A stretch of 64,000 bases of DNA, taken from NCBI GenBank assembly GCA_002477945.1, contig DLLF01000033.1, positions 45,316 to 109,315 of the forward strand, read 5' to 3'. The notes under the pieces are model-generated. The model was not told the origin of the DNA. It searched no databases and saw nothing but the letters and a program-made list of their open reading frames with translations. How positions within the stretch are numbered: position 1 is the stretch's first letter; each line of letters begins with the position of its first letter. This DNA comes from Bacteroidales bacterium UBA7569. Lineage in GTDB: Bacteria; Bacteroidota; Bacteroidia; Bacteroidales; Paludibacteraceae. Of the stretch, positions 19,471 to 29,931 are shown in pieces. Position numbers and translations under genes: made by a program.

Positions 19471-21228
19471 ATGCAATCTGTTTGGGAAATACATGAATTG
19501 TCCTATGCGGAAAAACAAACTGCAAAGGAGTTGGCTGGCGAACTGCACATCAACTTGGTGTCAGCCTCTGTCCTTGTCAGGAGAGGGCTGCTTACCCCGC
19601 AAGCGGCACGTGAATTTATCTCGCCGAAACTGAGCGGTTTGCCCGATCCGTTTCTTATGAAAGATATGGATAAGGCTGTACAGCGCTTGTCGGCGGCGAT
19701 AGAGGGGAATGAAAAAATTCTGATATACGGCGATTACGATGTGGACGGAACAACAGCGGTTGCTTTGGTGTATCGTTTCCTGAGAAAACACTATTCTGCC
19801 ATTGATTTCTATATCCCCGACAGATATACGGAAGGGTATGGCGTGTCCTGTAAAGGGGTGGATTACGCGGAACAAAATGGATGTACTCTCATTATAGCGT
19901 TGGATTGTGGTATTCGCAATAATGAACAAGTCCGATACGCAGCGGAGAAGAACATCGATTTCATTATATGTGATCACCATTTGCCGGGGGCGGAATTGCC
20001 GGAGGCTGTTGCTGTCTTGGACCCGAAACAGGTGGATTGTGCATTTCCGTGCAAGGACTTGTCGGGTTGTGGGGTGGGCTTCTGCTTGGTGCAAGCCTTT
20101 GCTAAGGAGAAAAATATCAGTTCTGATGAACTGTTGCCTTTGCTTGAACTGACGGCTATGAGCATAGCCTCTGATATTGTCCCTGTTGTAGGGGAGAACA
20201 GAATTCTTGCATATCATGGTCTGAAAATGATAAATACCTGCCCTTCAATAGGCGTAAGGAATTTGTTGCAGATAACTGATTTGCAGCAAGGAAAGGTGAC
20301 AATTTCAGATCTTGTGTATCGTATCGGACCGCGTTTGAATGCGTGTGGAAGGATTGAGTCGGGGCGGGAAGCCGTTCAATTGTTGATCACGCAAGATGAA
20401 GAGGAAGCAAGCAGAATAAGTAAGGCAATCAATGAACATAATCAAACCCGCAAGGATTTGGATCAAACAACAACCAACGAGGCGTTGCAACTCTTGGAGG
20501 CAGATCCCGATAACTCGCAAAGACGGACAAATGTAGTGTGTGGGAAGGATTGGCATAAGGGGGTGATAGGTATTGTGGCTTCAAGATTGACTGAAAAGTA
20601 CTATCGACCCACGATAGTGCTTACTGAGTGCGATGGAATTGTTTCGGGGTCTGCACGGTCAGTAGCGGGATTTGATATATACACAGCCATTGACTCTTGT
20701 CGCGATTTGCTGGACAACTTCGGAGGGCATATCTTTGCAGCGGGCTTGTCTATGAAAGCAGAAAACTATCCTGCTTTTAGGGAAAGATTTGAGCAGTATG
20801 TGCGGCAGCATATACTGCCGGAACAGTTATTGCATACTATTCCGGTGGAATATGAACTGTCTTTTGCAGATATTACGAGTCAATTCTTCAATATATTGCA
20901 GCATTTGGAGCCTTTTGGACCGGGAAATCCACGCCCTCTCTTTGTGACACAAAATGTATCCAATTATCGTTACACAAGAGCGGTTGGGAAATCTGCGGAG
21001 CATCTGCGGTTGGATGTGACGGACGATGGACAACATGCAATGGCAGGAATCGCTTTTGGTAAAGGAGATTTAGCGAACTGCCTCCTTTCCGGGGATAAGG
21101 TGGATATATGTTATAGCATAGAGAAAAATGTGTATAAGGGGACAACGTCATTGCAAATGATGGTACAAGATGTGCATTTTCCTGCTGACAAAAAGAAAAT
21201 CATATATACAAACAATTGTCATAAGTAA
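19471..21228 (+). CDS. recJ: single-stranded-DNA-specific exonuclease RecJ
   Basis: 585 aa with DHH-family motifs GDYDVDGTT, ALDCG, ICDHH and a DHHA1-like GGHIFAAG. Confidence 0.92.
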   Translation: MQSVWEIHELSYAEKQTAKELAGELHINLVSASVLVRRGLLTPQAAREFISPKLSGLPDPFLMKDMDKAVQRLSAAIEGNEKILIYGDYDVDGTTAVALVYRFLRKHYSAIDFYIPDRYTEGYGVSCKGVDYAEQNGCTLIIALDCGIRNNEQVRYAAEKNIDFIICDHHLPGAELPEAVAVLDPKQVDCAFPCKDLSGCGVGFCLVQAFAKEKNISSDELLPLLELTAMSIASDIVPVVGENRILAYHGLKMINTCPSIGVRNLLQITDLQQGKVTISDLVYRIGPRLNACGRIESGREAVQLLITQDEEEASRISKAINEHNQTRKDLDQTTTNEALQLLEADPDNSQRRTNVVCGKDWHKGVIGIVASRLTEKYYRPTIVLTECDGIVSGSARSVAGFDIYTAIDSCRDLLDNFGGHIFAAGLSMKAENYPAFRERFEQYVRQHILPEQLLHTIPVEYELSFADITSQFFNILQHLEPFGPGNPRPLFVTQNVSNYRYTRAVGKSAEHLRLDVTDDGQHAMAGIAFGKGDLANCLLSGDKVDICYSIEKNVYKGTTSLQMMVQDVHFPADKKKIIYTNNCHK

Positions 21229-21234
21229 CACATT

Positions 21235-21834
21235 ATGTTTTCAGAAAGAGATCAGCAGTCGCCTAAGCAGCGGATAGGAAGTATAGAGGTTATCTGTGGG
21301 AGTATGTTCTCTGGTAAAACGGAAGAACTTATCCGGAGGATGAAACGTGCTCAGTTCGCTAAGCAGAAAGTGGAGATATTCAAGCCCGCTTTGGATGTCC
21401 GCTATTCAGATGTGGATGTTGTTTCGCACGATAGAAACACCATACCTTCCACTCCGGTGGACTCTTCAGGCAATATCCTTCTTATGGCAACGGATGTAGA
21501 GGTGGTTGGTATTGACGAAGCGCAGTTCTTTGACGATGGCATAGTGGACGTGTGTATGCAGTTGGCAAACTCGGGCGTTCGTGTGATTGTGGCTGGTTTG
21601 GATATGGACTTCTTAGGGCATCCTTTCGGCGCAATGCCTGCATTGATGGCAATTGCAGAGGATGTGTACAAAGTACACGCTATATGTGTTCGTTGTGGAG
21701 ATCTTGCCTATATCTCGCATCGGTTGGTGGATAGTACCAAACAGATTTTGCTTGGCGAAACGGCTGAGTACGAACCTGTTTGTCGTCATTGTTATGAGCA
21801 GTTGAAGATTTCGGAATCACAACCGGCAGAGTAG
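21235..21834 (+). CDS. tdk: thymidine kinase
   Basis: 199 aa. P-loop [24 protein letters not shown], and Zn-ribbon cysteines CVRCG...CRHC. Confidence 0.93.
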   Translation: MFSERDQQSPKQRIGSIEVICGSMFSGKTEELIRRMKRAQFAKQKVEIFKPALDVRYSDVDVVSHDRNTIPSTPVDSSGNILLMATDVEVVGIDEAQFFDDGIVDVCMQLANSGVRVIVAGLDMDFLGHPFGAMPALMAIAEDVYKVHAICVRCGDLAYISHRLVDSTKQILLGETAEYEPVCRHCYEQLKISESQPAE

Positions 21835-21853
21835 TTCTTCTTTTCGCGCTTAT

Positions 21854-24316
21854 ATGTTTGCTAACTTTATTCTTCCTCTTGCCATTGAGGGCACATTTAC
21901 CTATAATATACCCGATGAAATGGTCGATTTGGCTCATGTTGGAATGCGTGCCTTGTTGCCTGTAGGTAACAAAATCTTTACGGGTATCATGCAATCTGCA
22001 TTGCTCGAGTTCCCTGAAGAGTTGGAAGGAGTGAAAATAAAGGATGTGATTTGCTTTTTGGATAAGGAACCTGTTCTTACAAAGCGGCAATTAGATCTTT
22101 GGCAATGGTTGTCTGCCTACTACCTTTGTTCTGTGGGGGAAGTCATGAAAGCCGCTTTGCCTGCCGTTTTCAAGTTGGAAAGTGAAACACGGATCTCTGT
22201 AAATAAGGAAGTGACTATATCCTTGGAACGATTGTCTGCAACGCAGCGTCGCATATTGACTTTGCTTGCTGATAGCAAGCCGAGAGAAGTTCGGGAATTG
22301 GGGAAGATTATGGGGATCAAGTCAGTCGCACAAGCTATAAAACGTTTGATAGATGAAGAATATGTGCTAGTGGAGGAGAATGTTAAAGAGCGTCTTGTCG
22401 GAACGACAGAGAGATTCTATTCTTTAACGGTTAACTATTTGGAAGAAAATCAATTCCGACATACATTTCTATTGTTAAAGAATGCTCCGAAGCAACGTGA
22501 AATACTGCAGCAATTTTGCCAAGAGCAGTGCAATGGAGGATTGTCTCCTTCAGAAAAAAAAATCAGCAGGAAAGTGCTGTCTCAGTATGAGGATTTCTCA
22601 GAATCTGCATTGAAGGGTCTTGTGGAAAAAGAGATTCTGAAAGAAGAACGATTGCGAATAAACGAACCGATAAATTTAGCCGGTTCGCTTCAAAAGAAAA
22701 AAGAACTTAATCCGTTTCAGCAAGAGGCACTCTCTCAAATAAAAGAACAATGGCGTACCAAAGATGTGGTTCTGCTCCATGGGGTGACTTCAAGTGGAAA
22801 AACGGAAGTATATATCCATCTGATTGAGGAGATATTGGCAAGAGGGAAGCAGGTCCTCTATCTTGTTCCGGAAATAGCACTCACAGCCCAATTGAGTGAA
22901 CGCTTGTCTTCTGTGTTTGGGAAACAGTTAGGGGTATATCATTCCCGTTTGTCTGAACGGGAACGGGGAGAAATCTACCATCGCTTGCAGCATGGTGAGA
23001 TAAAACTGTTGTTAGGAGTTCGGTCTGCCCTGTTTCTTGCTTTCAGGGAATTGGGGCTTATAATTGTGGATGAAGAACATGATTCCTCTTATAAACAGCA
23101 AGATACTTCTCCTCGTTATCATGCACGTACGGTTGCGTTTTATCTTGCTCGTTTACACGGCGCAAAAGTTCTATTAGGTTCTGCCACTCCTTCCATCGAA
23201 AGTTATTATAACGCCATGCAGGGAAAGATTGGTCTGGTAAAGTTGATGCATCGTCATAATGATGCGCCTTTGCCGCATATATCTCTTGTGGATCTCAAGG
23301 AAAACTATCGTCGTAAAGAAATGAATGGGCATTTCGCATGGTCTTTGATTGAAAAGATAAAAGAACAAACCGGCAAACACAAGCAGGTGATTATCTTCCA
23401 AAATCGAAGGGGCTATGCATCGCAAATTGAATGTAAACAATGCGGCTATGTACCGAAATGTGTGAATTGTGATGTAACGCTCACTGTACACCAGCACCAA
23501 GGAAAACTTGTTTGTCATTATTGCGGTTACACTATTCCTATTCCTGTTCAATGTCCGTCATGTGGTGCAGGTCCTCTTTTTGCAAAAGGATTTGGGACGG
23601 AACAGATTGAAGATGAAGTAAAAACGCTGTTCCCTGAAGCGAAAGTAGTGCGGATGGATTTGGATACTACACGTAGGAAAAATGCATATCAACAGATCCT
23701 TGATGGTTTTGCCAATCATGAGGCAGATGTATTGATAGGAACGCAGATGGTGAGCAAGGGATTGCATTTCCCGGATGTTAGTTTGGTTGCGGTACTCAAT
23801 GCGGATAACTTGATGAATCAACCGTCTTTCCGTTCTTATGAGTACGCTTTTCAGCAATTGGAGCAGGTTAGTGGGCGGGCAGGACGACAAGGATGTGAAG
23901 GAGAGGTATATATTCAGACCTATCAGTTGGATAATCCTGTTTTTCAGCAGATAATAAAACACGACTATGTGGCTTTCTATCAGCAGCAGATCAAAGAAAG
24001 AAAATTGTTCAAATATCCTCCCTTTTATCGTTTGTTGGAAGTATATATCCGTCATAGAGATATGAGGAAAGTGGAGGTTATTGCATCTGCCTTGCAGCAG
24101 CAATTGTTCCAAGTCTTTGGACGACGTTGTTCTTCTGTGATTACGCCTGTCATCAGCAAACTATATAACCAATATGAACGGCGGATCATGCTGAAGATAG
24201 AAATCAGTGGCTCCTTTGCCAAAGCAAAAGAACTTCTGTCGCAGTGTATAAAAGTGGTACGTGAATTACCTGATGCCAAGGCTGCAATTGTTTTTACGGA
24301 TGTAGAACCTTTGTAA
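21854..24316 (+). CDS. priA: primosomal replication-restart helicase PriA
   Basis: 820 aa. Walker A GVTSSGKTEVY, DEEH box (VDEEHDSSYKQ), and a Cys-rich Zn region (CKQCGYVPKCVNCDV...CHYCG...CPSCG). Confidence 0.93.
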   Translation: MFANFILPLAIEGTFTYNIPDEMVDLAHVGMRALLPVGNKIFTGIMQSALLEFPEELEGVKIKDVICFLDKEPVLTKRQLDLWQWLSAYYLCSVGEVMKAALPAVFKLESETRISVNKEVTISLERLSATQRRILTLLADSKPREVRELGKIMGIKSVAQAIKRLIDEEYVLVEENVKERLVGTTERFYSLTVNYLEENQFRHTFLLLKNAPKQREILQQFCQEQCNGGLSPSEKKISRKVLSQYEDFSESALKGLVEKEILKEERLRINEPINLAGSLQKKKELNPFQQEALSQIKEQWRTKDVVLLHGVTSSGKTEVYIHLIEEILARGKQVLYLVPEIALTAQLSERLSSVFGKQLGVYHSRLSERERGEIYHRLQHGEIKLLLGVRSALFLAFRELGLIIVDEEHDSSYKQQDTSPRYHARTVAFYLARLHGAKVLLGSATPSIESYYNAMQGKIGLVKLMHRHNDAPLPHISLVDLKENYRRKEMNGHFAWSLIEKIKEQTGKHKQVIIFQNRRGYASQIECKQCGYVPKCVNCDVTLTVHQHQGKLVCHYCGYTIPIPVQCPSCGAGPLFAKGFGTEQIEDEVKTLFPEAKVVRMDLDTTRRKNAYQQILDGFANHEADVLIGTQMVSKGLHFPDVSLVAVLNADNLMNQPSFRSYEYAFQQLEQVSGRAGRQGCEGEVYIQTYQLDNPVFQQIIKHDYVAFYQQQIKERKLFKYPPFYRLLEVYIRHRDMRKVEVIASALQQQLFQVFGRRCSSVITPVISKLYNQYERRIMLKIEISGSFAKAKELLSQCIKVVRELPDAKAAIVFTDVEPL

Positions 24317-24318
24317 CT

Positions 24319-25248
24319 ATGATGAAAATGAAAACCTTAAAAGGAAGAGCAGAGAATGTCCATTCTATGTGGAGGATGCTTATGTTGGTACTGCTTATGC
24401 TGTTATCTTCGTTTTTGGTTGTCATTTTCTATGGGGTGTTGTGTGGGACGAGACAAGATGTGGGTGCTCTGAAATTTTTGCAGACTTTGCAGACAGTAGG
24501 TGTGTTTATTCTTCCTTGCCTTCTTTGCGCATATCTGTGGGACACTCATCCTATGCATTATTTGCAAATAGACAGGATTCCGTCATTGCCCGTTGCGGGA
24601 TTTACGGTTCTTATAATGCTGCTTGCATTGCCGGGAATCAATCTGTTGAGTTGGTGTAATCAGCAGATGCAACTTCCTGCTTTTCTTGCCGGATTGGAGC
24701 AGTGGATGCAAACACAGGAAGATAATGCTGCCATACTGACAGAACGATTTATTAGGGCGGATTCGGTGAGTGTATTACTCGCAAATCTCTTTATTATGGC
24801 ATTTTTGCCTGCAATAGGCGAAGAACTTTGCTTTCGTGGTGTGATACAGAAACTCTTTCAAACGGTTGCATCTTCTCATGGGGAGAAACAGATTTCAAAA
24901 ATAGCAATCCATTTGTCGGTTTGGGTATCGGCTGTCCTGTTTTCGGCGATGCACCTCCAATTTTATGGGTTTATCCCTCGTATGCTTTTAGGTGCTTTCT
25001 TTGGGTATTTGCTGGTCTGGTCCGGAAGTTTGTGGCTGCCTGTATTGGCGCATTTTACGAACAATGCAATGGCTGTGTTGCTCTATAATTTTTATTACAT
25101 GCGAGGAATTTCTACCGATGAAATCAATATGTTCGGAACAGAACAGACTCTTTGGGCTGGGTGTGTGAGTGTTGTTCTGACATTGTTCTGTATATGGGGG
25201 CTATACCACTTCTGCTTCTTTAAGAAAACAAGACAAGATCCCTTATAA
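24319..25248 (+). CDS. CPBP-family intramembrane glutamic endopeptidase (CAAX protease-like)
   Basis: Polytopic membrane protein with EELCFRG, FSAMH and HFTNN motifs. The exact start among the first Met codons is uncertain. Confidence 0.8.
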   Translation: MMKMKTLKGRAENVHSMWRMLMLVLLMLLSSFLVVIFYGVLCGTRQDVGALKFLQTLQTVGVFILPCLLCAYLWDTHPMHYLQIDRIPSLPVAGFTVLIMLLALPGINLLSWCNQQMQLPAFLAGLEQWMQTQEDNAAILTERFIRADSVSVLLANLFIMAFLPAIGEELCFRGVIQKLFQTVASSHGEKQISKIAIHLSVWVSAVLFSAMHLQFYGFIPRMLLGAFFGYLLVWSGSLWLPVLAHFTNNAMAVLLYNFYYMRGISTDEINMFGTEQTLWAGCVSVVLTLFCIWGLYHFCFFKKTRQDPL

Positions 25249-26469
25249 AGTGTCTAAATGTACATCTCGGAATCCCAGGAAATAGAGTATTCCGTCCAAA
25301 CCTATGGTTGAAATGGACTGCTGGGCATTGGCTTTCACTTTTGGTTTTGCATGGAAAGCAATGCCTAAGCCTGCCAAGTTCAGCATAGGCAGATCATTCG
25401 CACCGTCACCTACGGCTATCACTTGTGCCAAATCTATTTTCTCCACTTGAGCAATCAGATTGAGAAGTTCCGCTTTTCTCTTCCCGTCAACAATGTCGCC
25501 GAGATAGCGTCCCGTGAGTTTCCCGTTTTCTATTTCTAAATTGTTTGCATAGACATAATCAACTCCGAAGCGTTCTTGTAAGTACTTGCCGAAATAGGTG
25601 AAACCTCCCGATAGAATGGCTATTTTCATGCCGCATTTTTTCAATACGGACATTACGCGGTCTGCGCCTTCCATAATAGGGAGATGTTCGGCGATGTCTT
25701 TCATCACGGATTCGTCCAACCCTCTCAATAGGGATACACGACGTGTGAAACTTTCTTTGAAATCTATCTCACCGCGCATGGCGGATTCCGTGATGGCTCT
25801 CACTTCTTCGCCCACACCAGCCCTGTCTGCTAATTCATCAATCACTTCCGTCTTTATTAGGGTCGAATCCATATCGAAGCAGATCAAACGTCTGTTGCGG
25901 CGGTATATATCATCGCGCTGGAAAGAGATGTCTATCCCTTCCTTGGCGGATATGTCCAGAAATTCTGCGGCCAAGGCATGCTTGTCTTGGACATCGCCTC
26001 TTACCGAAAATTCCACGCACGAGCGAGGATGTTCCGCTGCCGAAAGGTTTAGAGGAGGTCTCCCCGTTAAACGTGTAATGGAGTCAATGTTCAAATTTCT
26101 GTCTGCTACAGCCTTGGTTACAAGAGATATTTGTTTCGCGGTAATTTCCTGACCTAACAGAGTGACAACATGGCGCGGCTTGCCGTGCCGCATTACCCAT
26201 GCCGAGTACTCTTCGTCTGAGATCGGCGTGAATCGGACTTGCATACCCAATTCCGTACAGCGGAACAGAATCTCTTTGAGCATGTCTCCGGAGTGGAGCA
26301 CATTTTCTATCTTGAACATCAGTCCTAACGATAGTTGGTGATGAAGATTGGCTTGTCCTATATCCAAAATCACGGCATTGTATTTCCCCAAGATCTGTGT
26401 AATAGACGAGGTGACACCGGGATGATCTTCTCCGGAAATGGTGATTAGAATGATTTCGTGTCGCTTCAT
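25243..26469 (-). CDS. serB: phosphoserine phosphatase SerB with N-terminal ACT-like domains
   Basis: 408 aa. HAD motifs FDMDSTLI and GDGANDLPM. N-terminal ISGEDHPGVTSSI is ACT-like. Confidence 0.88.
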   Translation of the reverse strand: MKRHEIILITISGEDHPGVTSSITQILGKYNAVILDIGQANLHHQLSLGLMFKIENVLHSGDMLKEILFRCTELGMQVRFTPISDEEYSAWVMRHGKPRHVVTLLGQEITAKQISLVTKAVADRNLNIDSITRLTGRPPLNLSAAEHPRSCVEFSVRGDVQDKHALAAEFLDISAKEGIDISFQRDDIYRRNRRLICFDMDSTLIKTEVIDELADRAGVGEEVRAITESAMRGEIDFKESFTRRVSLLRGLDESVMKDIAEHLPIMEGADRVMSVLKKCGMKIAILSGGFTYFGKYLQERFGVDYVYANNLEIENGKLTGRYLGDIVDGKRKAELLNLIAQVEKIDLAQVIAVGDGANDLPMLNLAGLGIAFHAKPKVKANAQQSISTIGLDGILYFLGFRDVHLDTL

Positions 26470-26495
26470 AGGGTCTAATGGATGTATTGTAAGTG

Positions 26496-26503
26496 CAAAT
26501 GTA
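26496..26503 (-). promoter_or_regulatory. -7 box TACATTTG (serB)
   Basis: Matches TAnnTTTG on the minus strand, 27 nt upstream of ATG 26469. Confidence 0.4.
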
Positions 26504-26652
26504 CAACAAAAAAGACATATTCCAATCTTTTGGAATAATTACTTTATACAAACTTATGTAGGCTTTCTTCGTATCTTTCTGTTATCTGTTTCCCGACTTC
26601 CGGACCGCACACAAGACATTGCTGTATCTTTCAAAAACAAGGAACAGATTTC

Positions 26653-26707
26653 TACGACCCCTCATCGAGACCTGAACGACCCCTTGACGGGAAACCGACA
26701 CGGAGAC
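26653..26707 (+). repeat. 11-bp periodic array, copy 4
   Basis: Units: tacgacccctc|atcgagacctg|aacgacccctt|gacgggaaacc|gacacggagac. Lies in the serB/rfbB divergent gap. Confidence 0.8.
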
Positions 26708-26785
26708 CAATAGATTATTTTGGATAGTGTCACATCTCCGGAATGGTCATTGTCTGTTATATCTCGTATGCCCTTTTTGCGCAAA

Positions 26786-26817
26786 TTTGTATAAGTATGG
26801 GGAAAATGTTACCTTTG
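26786..26817 (+). promoter_or_regulatory. -33 TTTG / -7 TACCTTTG promoter (rfbB)
   Basis: TTTG at 26786-89 and TACCTTTG at 26810-17 with a 20-nt spacer. ATG at 26843. Confidence 0.55.
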
Positions 26818-26842
26818 CAATCATAAACATTATCTCATAAAG

Positions 26843-27898
26843 ATGAAAACGATATTCATAACAGGAGGCGCAGGATTCATTGGATCGCATGTCGTACGGC
26901 GCCTGGTGAAACGTTATCCGGATTATAGAATCGTAAATGTTGATGTCCTCACTTATGCCGGTAATCTCGAAAACCTGAAAGATATTGACGCATTGCCTAA
27001 CTATGTTTTCGAAAAGGCCGATATTACGGATGAACTGCAGATTAACCGGTTATTCGCTCAATATAATCCCGATGGAATCATCCATTTGGCTGCGGAAAGC
27101 CACGTGGATAGAAGTATTGCCGATCCGTTTGCTTTTGTGCGTACAAATGTGTTTGGAACCTGTAATCTTCTTTTGGCGGCAAAGAATGCTTGGAAAAACG
27201 ATTATAGAGGGAAACGCTTTTATCATATCTCCACCGATGAAGTATATGGCGCATTGAAAAAAGACGATGAGCCTTTCACGGAAACAACCCGCTATCAGCC
27301 GCATTCACCCTATTCCGCGGCAAAAGCATCTTCCGATCACTTCGTTCGTGCCTTTCATGATACGTATGGTCTGCCTGTGGTTATTTCCAATTGCTCCAAT
27401 AATTATGGTTCGCATCAGTTCCCTGAGAAACTCATACCGTTGGTGATAAACAATATACAGCATAACCTTCCCATTCCGGTCTATGGTACGGGAGAAAATG
27501 TGCGTGATTGGCTTTTTGTTGAGGATCATGCGGCGGCAATCGATCTAATCTTCCATGAGGGAAAGGATGGAGAAACCTATAACATCGGCGGTAATAACGA
27601 AAAGACCAATATAGAACTTATTCGTCAACTTTGCAAAATAATGGACGATAGGTTAGGACGTCCGCTCGGTACTTCGGAAAATTTGATAACGTTTGTAACC
27701 GACCGTGCAGGACACGATCTCCGTTATGCAATCAATTCTTGCAAACTCCAACACGAATTAGGGTGGAAACCGGGCGTAACATTTGAAGAGGGACTTGCCC
27801 GGACGGTGGATTGGTATCTCGCAAACCGGGAATGGCTGAACCACGTAACATCAGGAGATTACCAGTCCTATTATGAACGGATGTATGGGAATAAATAA
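26843..27898 (+). CDS. rfbB: dTDP-glucose 4,6-dehydratase
   Basis: 351 aa. GGAGFIGSH Rossmann motif, catalytic YSAAKASSDH, and a typical RfbB C-terminus. Confidence 0.92.
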   Translation: MKTIFITGGAGFIGSHVVRRLVKRYPDYRIVNVDVLTYAGNLENLKDIDALPNYVFEKADITDELQINRLFAQYNPDGIIHLAAESHVDRSIADPFAFVRTNVFGTCNLLLAAKNAWKNDYRGKRFYHISTDEVYGALKKDDEPFTETTRYQPHSPYSAAKASSDHFVRAFHDTYGLPVVISNCSNNYGSHQFPEKLIPLVINNIQHNLPIPVYGTGENVRDWLFVEDHAAAIDLIFHEGKDGETYNIGGNNEKTNIELIRQLCKIMDDRLGRPLGTSENLITFVTDRAGHDLRYAINSCKLQHELGWKPGVTFEEGLARTVDWYLANREWLNHVTSGDYQSYYERMYGNK

Positions 27899-27932
27899 CG
27901 GATAGTGTTTTTTGCAACGTGCAGGGAAACTC

Positions 27933-28520
27933 ATGAATGAAATAGTTGAAAAATACGATTCGGATGATTTCCGTGAAGCCTTGTCCGTACTTCGGGCGGG
28001 AGGCGTCATTCTCTATCCTACCGACACGGTTTGGGGAATAGGATGCGATGCAACCAATCCTGAGGCGGTGGAACGTATCTATTCTATCAAGCGGCGATCC
28101 GACTCCAAGGCGATGCTGTGCCTTTTGGATGCTCCGGGCAAGTTGCAGGGGTATGTCAAGGATATCCCTTCGATTGCTTGGGATTTGATAGATTGTGCTA
28201 CGCGTCCTCTGACGCTCATTTATCCGAAAGGACGTAATCTGGCGCACAATCTTTTGGCGGAAGATGGCAGCATCGGTATCCGTATTACGAATGAATTGTT
28301 TTCCAAGAAACTCTGTGAGGCGTTGCATGCTCCGCTTGTCTCCACTTCTGCTAATGTAAGCGGAGAACCTGCGGCAAGAAATTTCGGACAGATCACACCG
28401 CATATTCTGAGTTCTGTGGATTATGTGGTGCGCTATAGAAGAAATGATGTAAGTGAACCTTTGCCCTCATCCATTATAAAGATAGGAGAAGGTAATGTAT
28501 TTCATATCATTCGGGCGTAA
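27933..28520 (+). CDS. tsaC: L-threonylcarbamoyladenylate synthase (YrdC/TsaC type)
   Basis: About 195 aa from ATG 27933. YrdC-domain motifs GGVILYPTDTVWGIGCDA and STSANVSGEP. Confidence 0.82.
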   Translation: MNEIVEKYDSDDFREALSVLRAGGVILYPTDTVWGIGCDATNPEAVERIYSIKRRSDSKAMLCLLDAPGKLQGYVKDIPSIAWDLIDCATRPLTLIYPKGRNLAHNLLAEDGSIGIRITNELFSKKLCEALHAPLVSTSANVSGEPAARNFGQITPHILSSVDYVVRYRRNDVSEPLPSSIIKIGEGNVFHIIRA

Positions 28521-28541
28521 CACTGTTTGCTTTTTCTCTGC

Positions 28542-29918
28542 ATGACTTCACAAAAAGCAACATATCGGAAACAGCAACTGAAATATGTTTCGGTTGATTT
28601 GTTGTCCGCAGAGTGTGTCTGGCTGCTTTTCCTTTTCTTCCGTTGGCTGGTGTATGAAGGACGTATCTTTGGTGTCAATACGGTGCTTATACCGGCCTTT
28701 AATTTCTATCAGCCTTTGTTGCTCTATCCCTTGGGAAGTGTCATTGTGTACTACCTTGCAGGATTCTATCTTCGTCCGCAGCCGCAGCACAAACGCATTC
28801 CGCAAGTCTTGGGGAGTACGTTTGTCTGCGCTTTCATAATCAGTATCGTAGCATTCTTTTGCGTCATAATCAACGATGAAATCACCAGTTATACCTATTA
28901 TTATGTGTCTTTGTTGGTGCTTTTTTCTATCCAGTTTTTGGTTTCTTTCTTGTTTCGATTATGTGTCAAGTTGAACGATTATATCAGTTGGAGAAAAGGA
29001 TTGGTCCAAACGCGTACACTGATTATTGGTGACGGAAAATTGTCTCGGCAGGTCGCACAAGATCTTCATGACGATGAATATATTGTTTTCCTTGCTTTGT
29101 CGGAGTTGGATAGGCTGTCCGATAAAATCCTTTCAGAAAAAATCCAGCGTGTGATAATAGCCGTCGAAGGTGATGTCTCCAAAGAATTCTTATACCAAAT
29201 AATCAACAAAATCTACCCCTTGCAGGTAGAGATAAGTTTCACCCCGAGCGTCTATGATATGCTGATCGGGGCGGCGCGTATCAACGATCTTGCAGGCACA
29301 CCGTTGGTCACGATCACCGATCCATCTATGAGCGATTGGCAAATTTGTGTTAAACGGGCGACCGACATAACCGTTTCTTTCCTCTGTCTTGTCGTGTTTT
29401 CACCTCTCTATTTGGTGCTTGCTGCTTTGGTGAAATTCACTTCTGCAGGGCCTGTCATTTATAAACAGGAGCGTATCGGATTGTATGGACGGCCGTTCAT
29501 GATATGGAAATTTCGGACAATGAAGAATAATGCGGAGATGCAACTCCCTCAACTGACCTCTCCTGACGACGATCGTGTCACTCCAATTGGGCATTGGTTG
29601 AGAAAGTACCGGTTGGATGAATTGCCGCAGTTCTGGAATATCCTTCGTGGGGATATGTCTATCGTTGGACCGCGTCCGGAGCGTGCCTATTATATCCGCC
29701 AGATTATGCAACGGGCACCATACTATTGTCTTCTCTATAAGATTCGTCCGGGGCTTACCTCATGGGGACCTATTCGTGTTGGTTATACCGATACCATCGA
29801 AAAAATGATTGACCGGCTCAACTTCGATATGGTCTATATGGAGAATATGTCTCTTCTCTTGGACTTGAAGATTTTGTTCTATACGATACGTGTAATTGTG
29901 GATGGTGAGGGACAGTAA
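28542..29918 (+). CDS. polyprenyl-phosphate glycosyl-1-phosphate transferase (WbaP/bacterial sugar transferase family)
   Basis: N-terminal TM helices and a C-terminal bacterial sugar transferase domain (GPVIYKQERIG, WKFRTM, DELPQFWNILRGDMSIVGPRPE). ATG 28542 preferred over TTG 28527. Confidence 0.85.
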   Translation: MTSQKATYRKQQLKYVSVDLLSAECVWLLFLFFRWLVYEGRIFGVNTVLIPAFNFYQPLLLYPLGSVIVYYLAGFYLRPQPQHKRIPQVLGSTFVCAFIISIVAFFCVIINDEITSYTYYYVSLLVLFSIQFLVSFLFRLCVKLNDYISWRKGLVQTRTLIIGDGKLSRQVAQDLHDDEYIVFLALSELDRLSDKILSEKIQRVIIAVEGDVSKEFLYQIINKIYPLQVEISFTPSVYDMLIGAARINDLAGTPLVTITDPSMSDWQICVKRATDITVSFLCLVVFSPLYLVLAALVKFTSAGPVIYKQERIGLYGRPFMIWKFRTMKNNAEMQLPQLTSPDDDRVTPIGHWLRKYRLDELPQFWNILRGDMSIVGPRPERAYYIRQIMQRAPYYCLLYKIRPGLTSWGPIRVGYTDTIEKMIDRLNFDMVYMENMSLLLDLKILFYTIRVIVDGEGQ

Positions 29919-29931
29919 ACTATATAACCGG

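Noticed and set aside
19305-19496. 63-aa ORF starting inside the tRNA
   Set aside because: It overlaps the tRNA, its terminator and the recJ start region, so it is spurious.
24319-25248. CPBP/Abi-like protease as a bacteriocin-immunity or abortive-infection module
   Set aside because: It is the last gene of the tdk-priA operon. No bacteriocin, transporter or phage-related neighbour is present. The family is broad and usually housekeeping.
26470-26842. Invertible (phase-variable) promoter upstream of rfbB, as at Bacteroides capsule loci
   Set aside because: I found only short direct repeats (tctgttat). There are no flanking inverted repeats and no nearby recombinase or UpxY/UpxZ genes.
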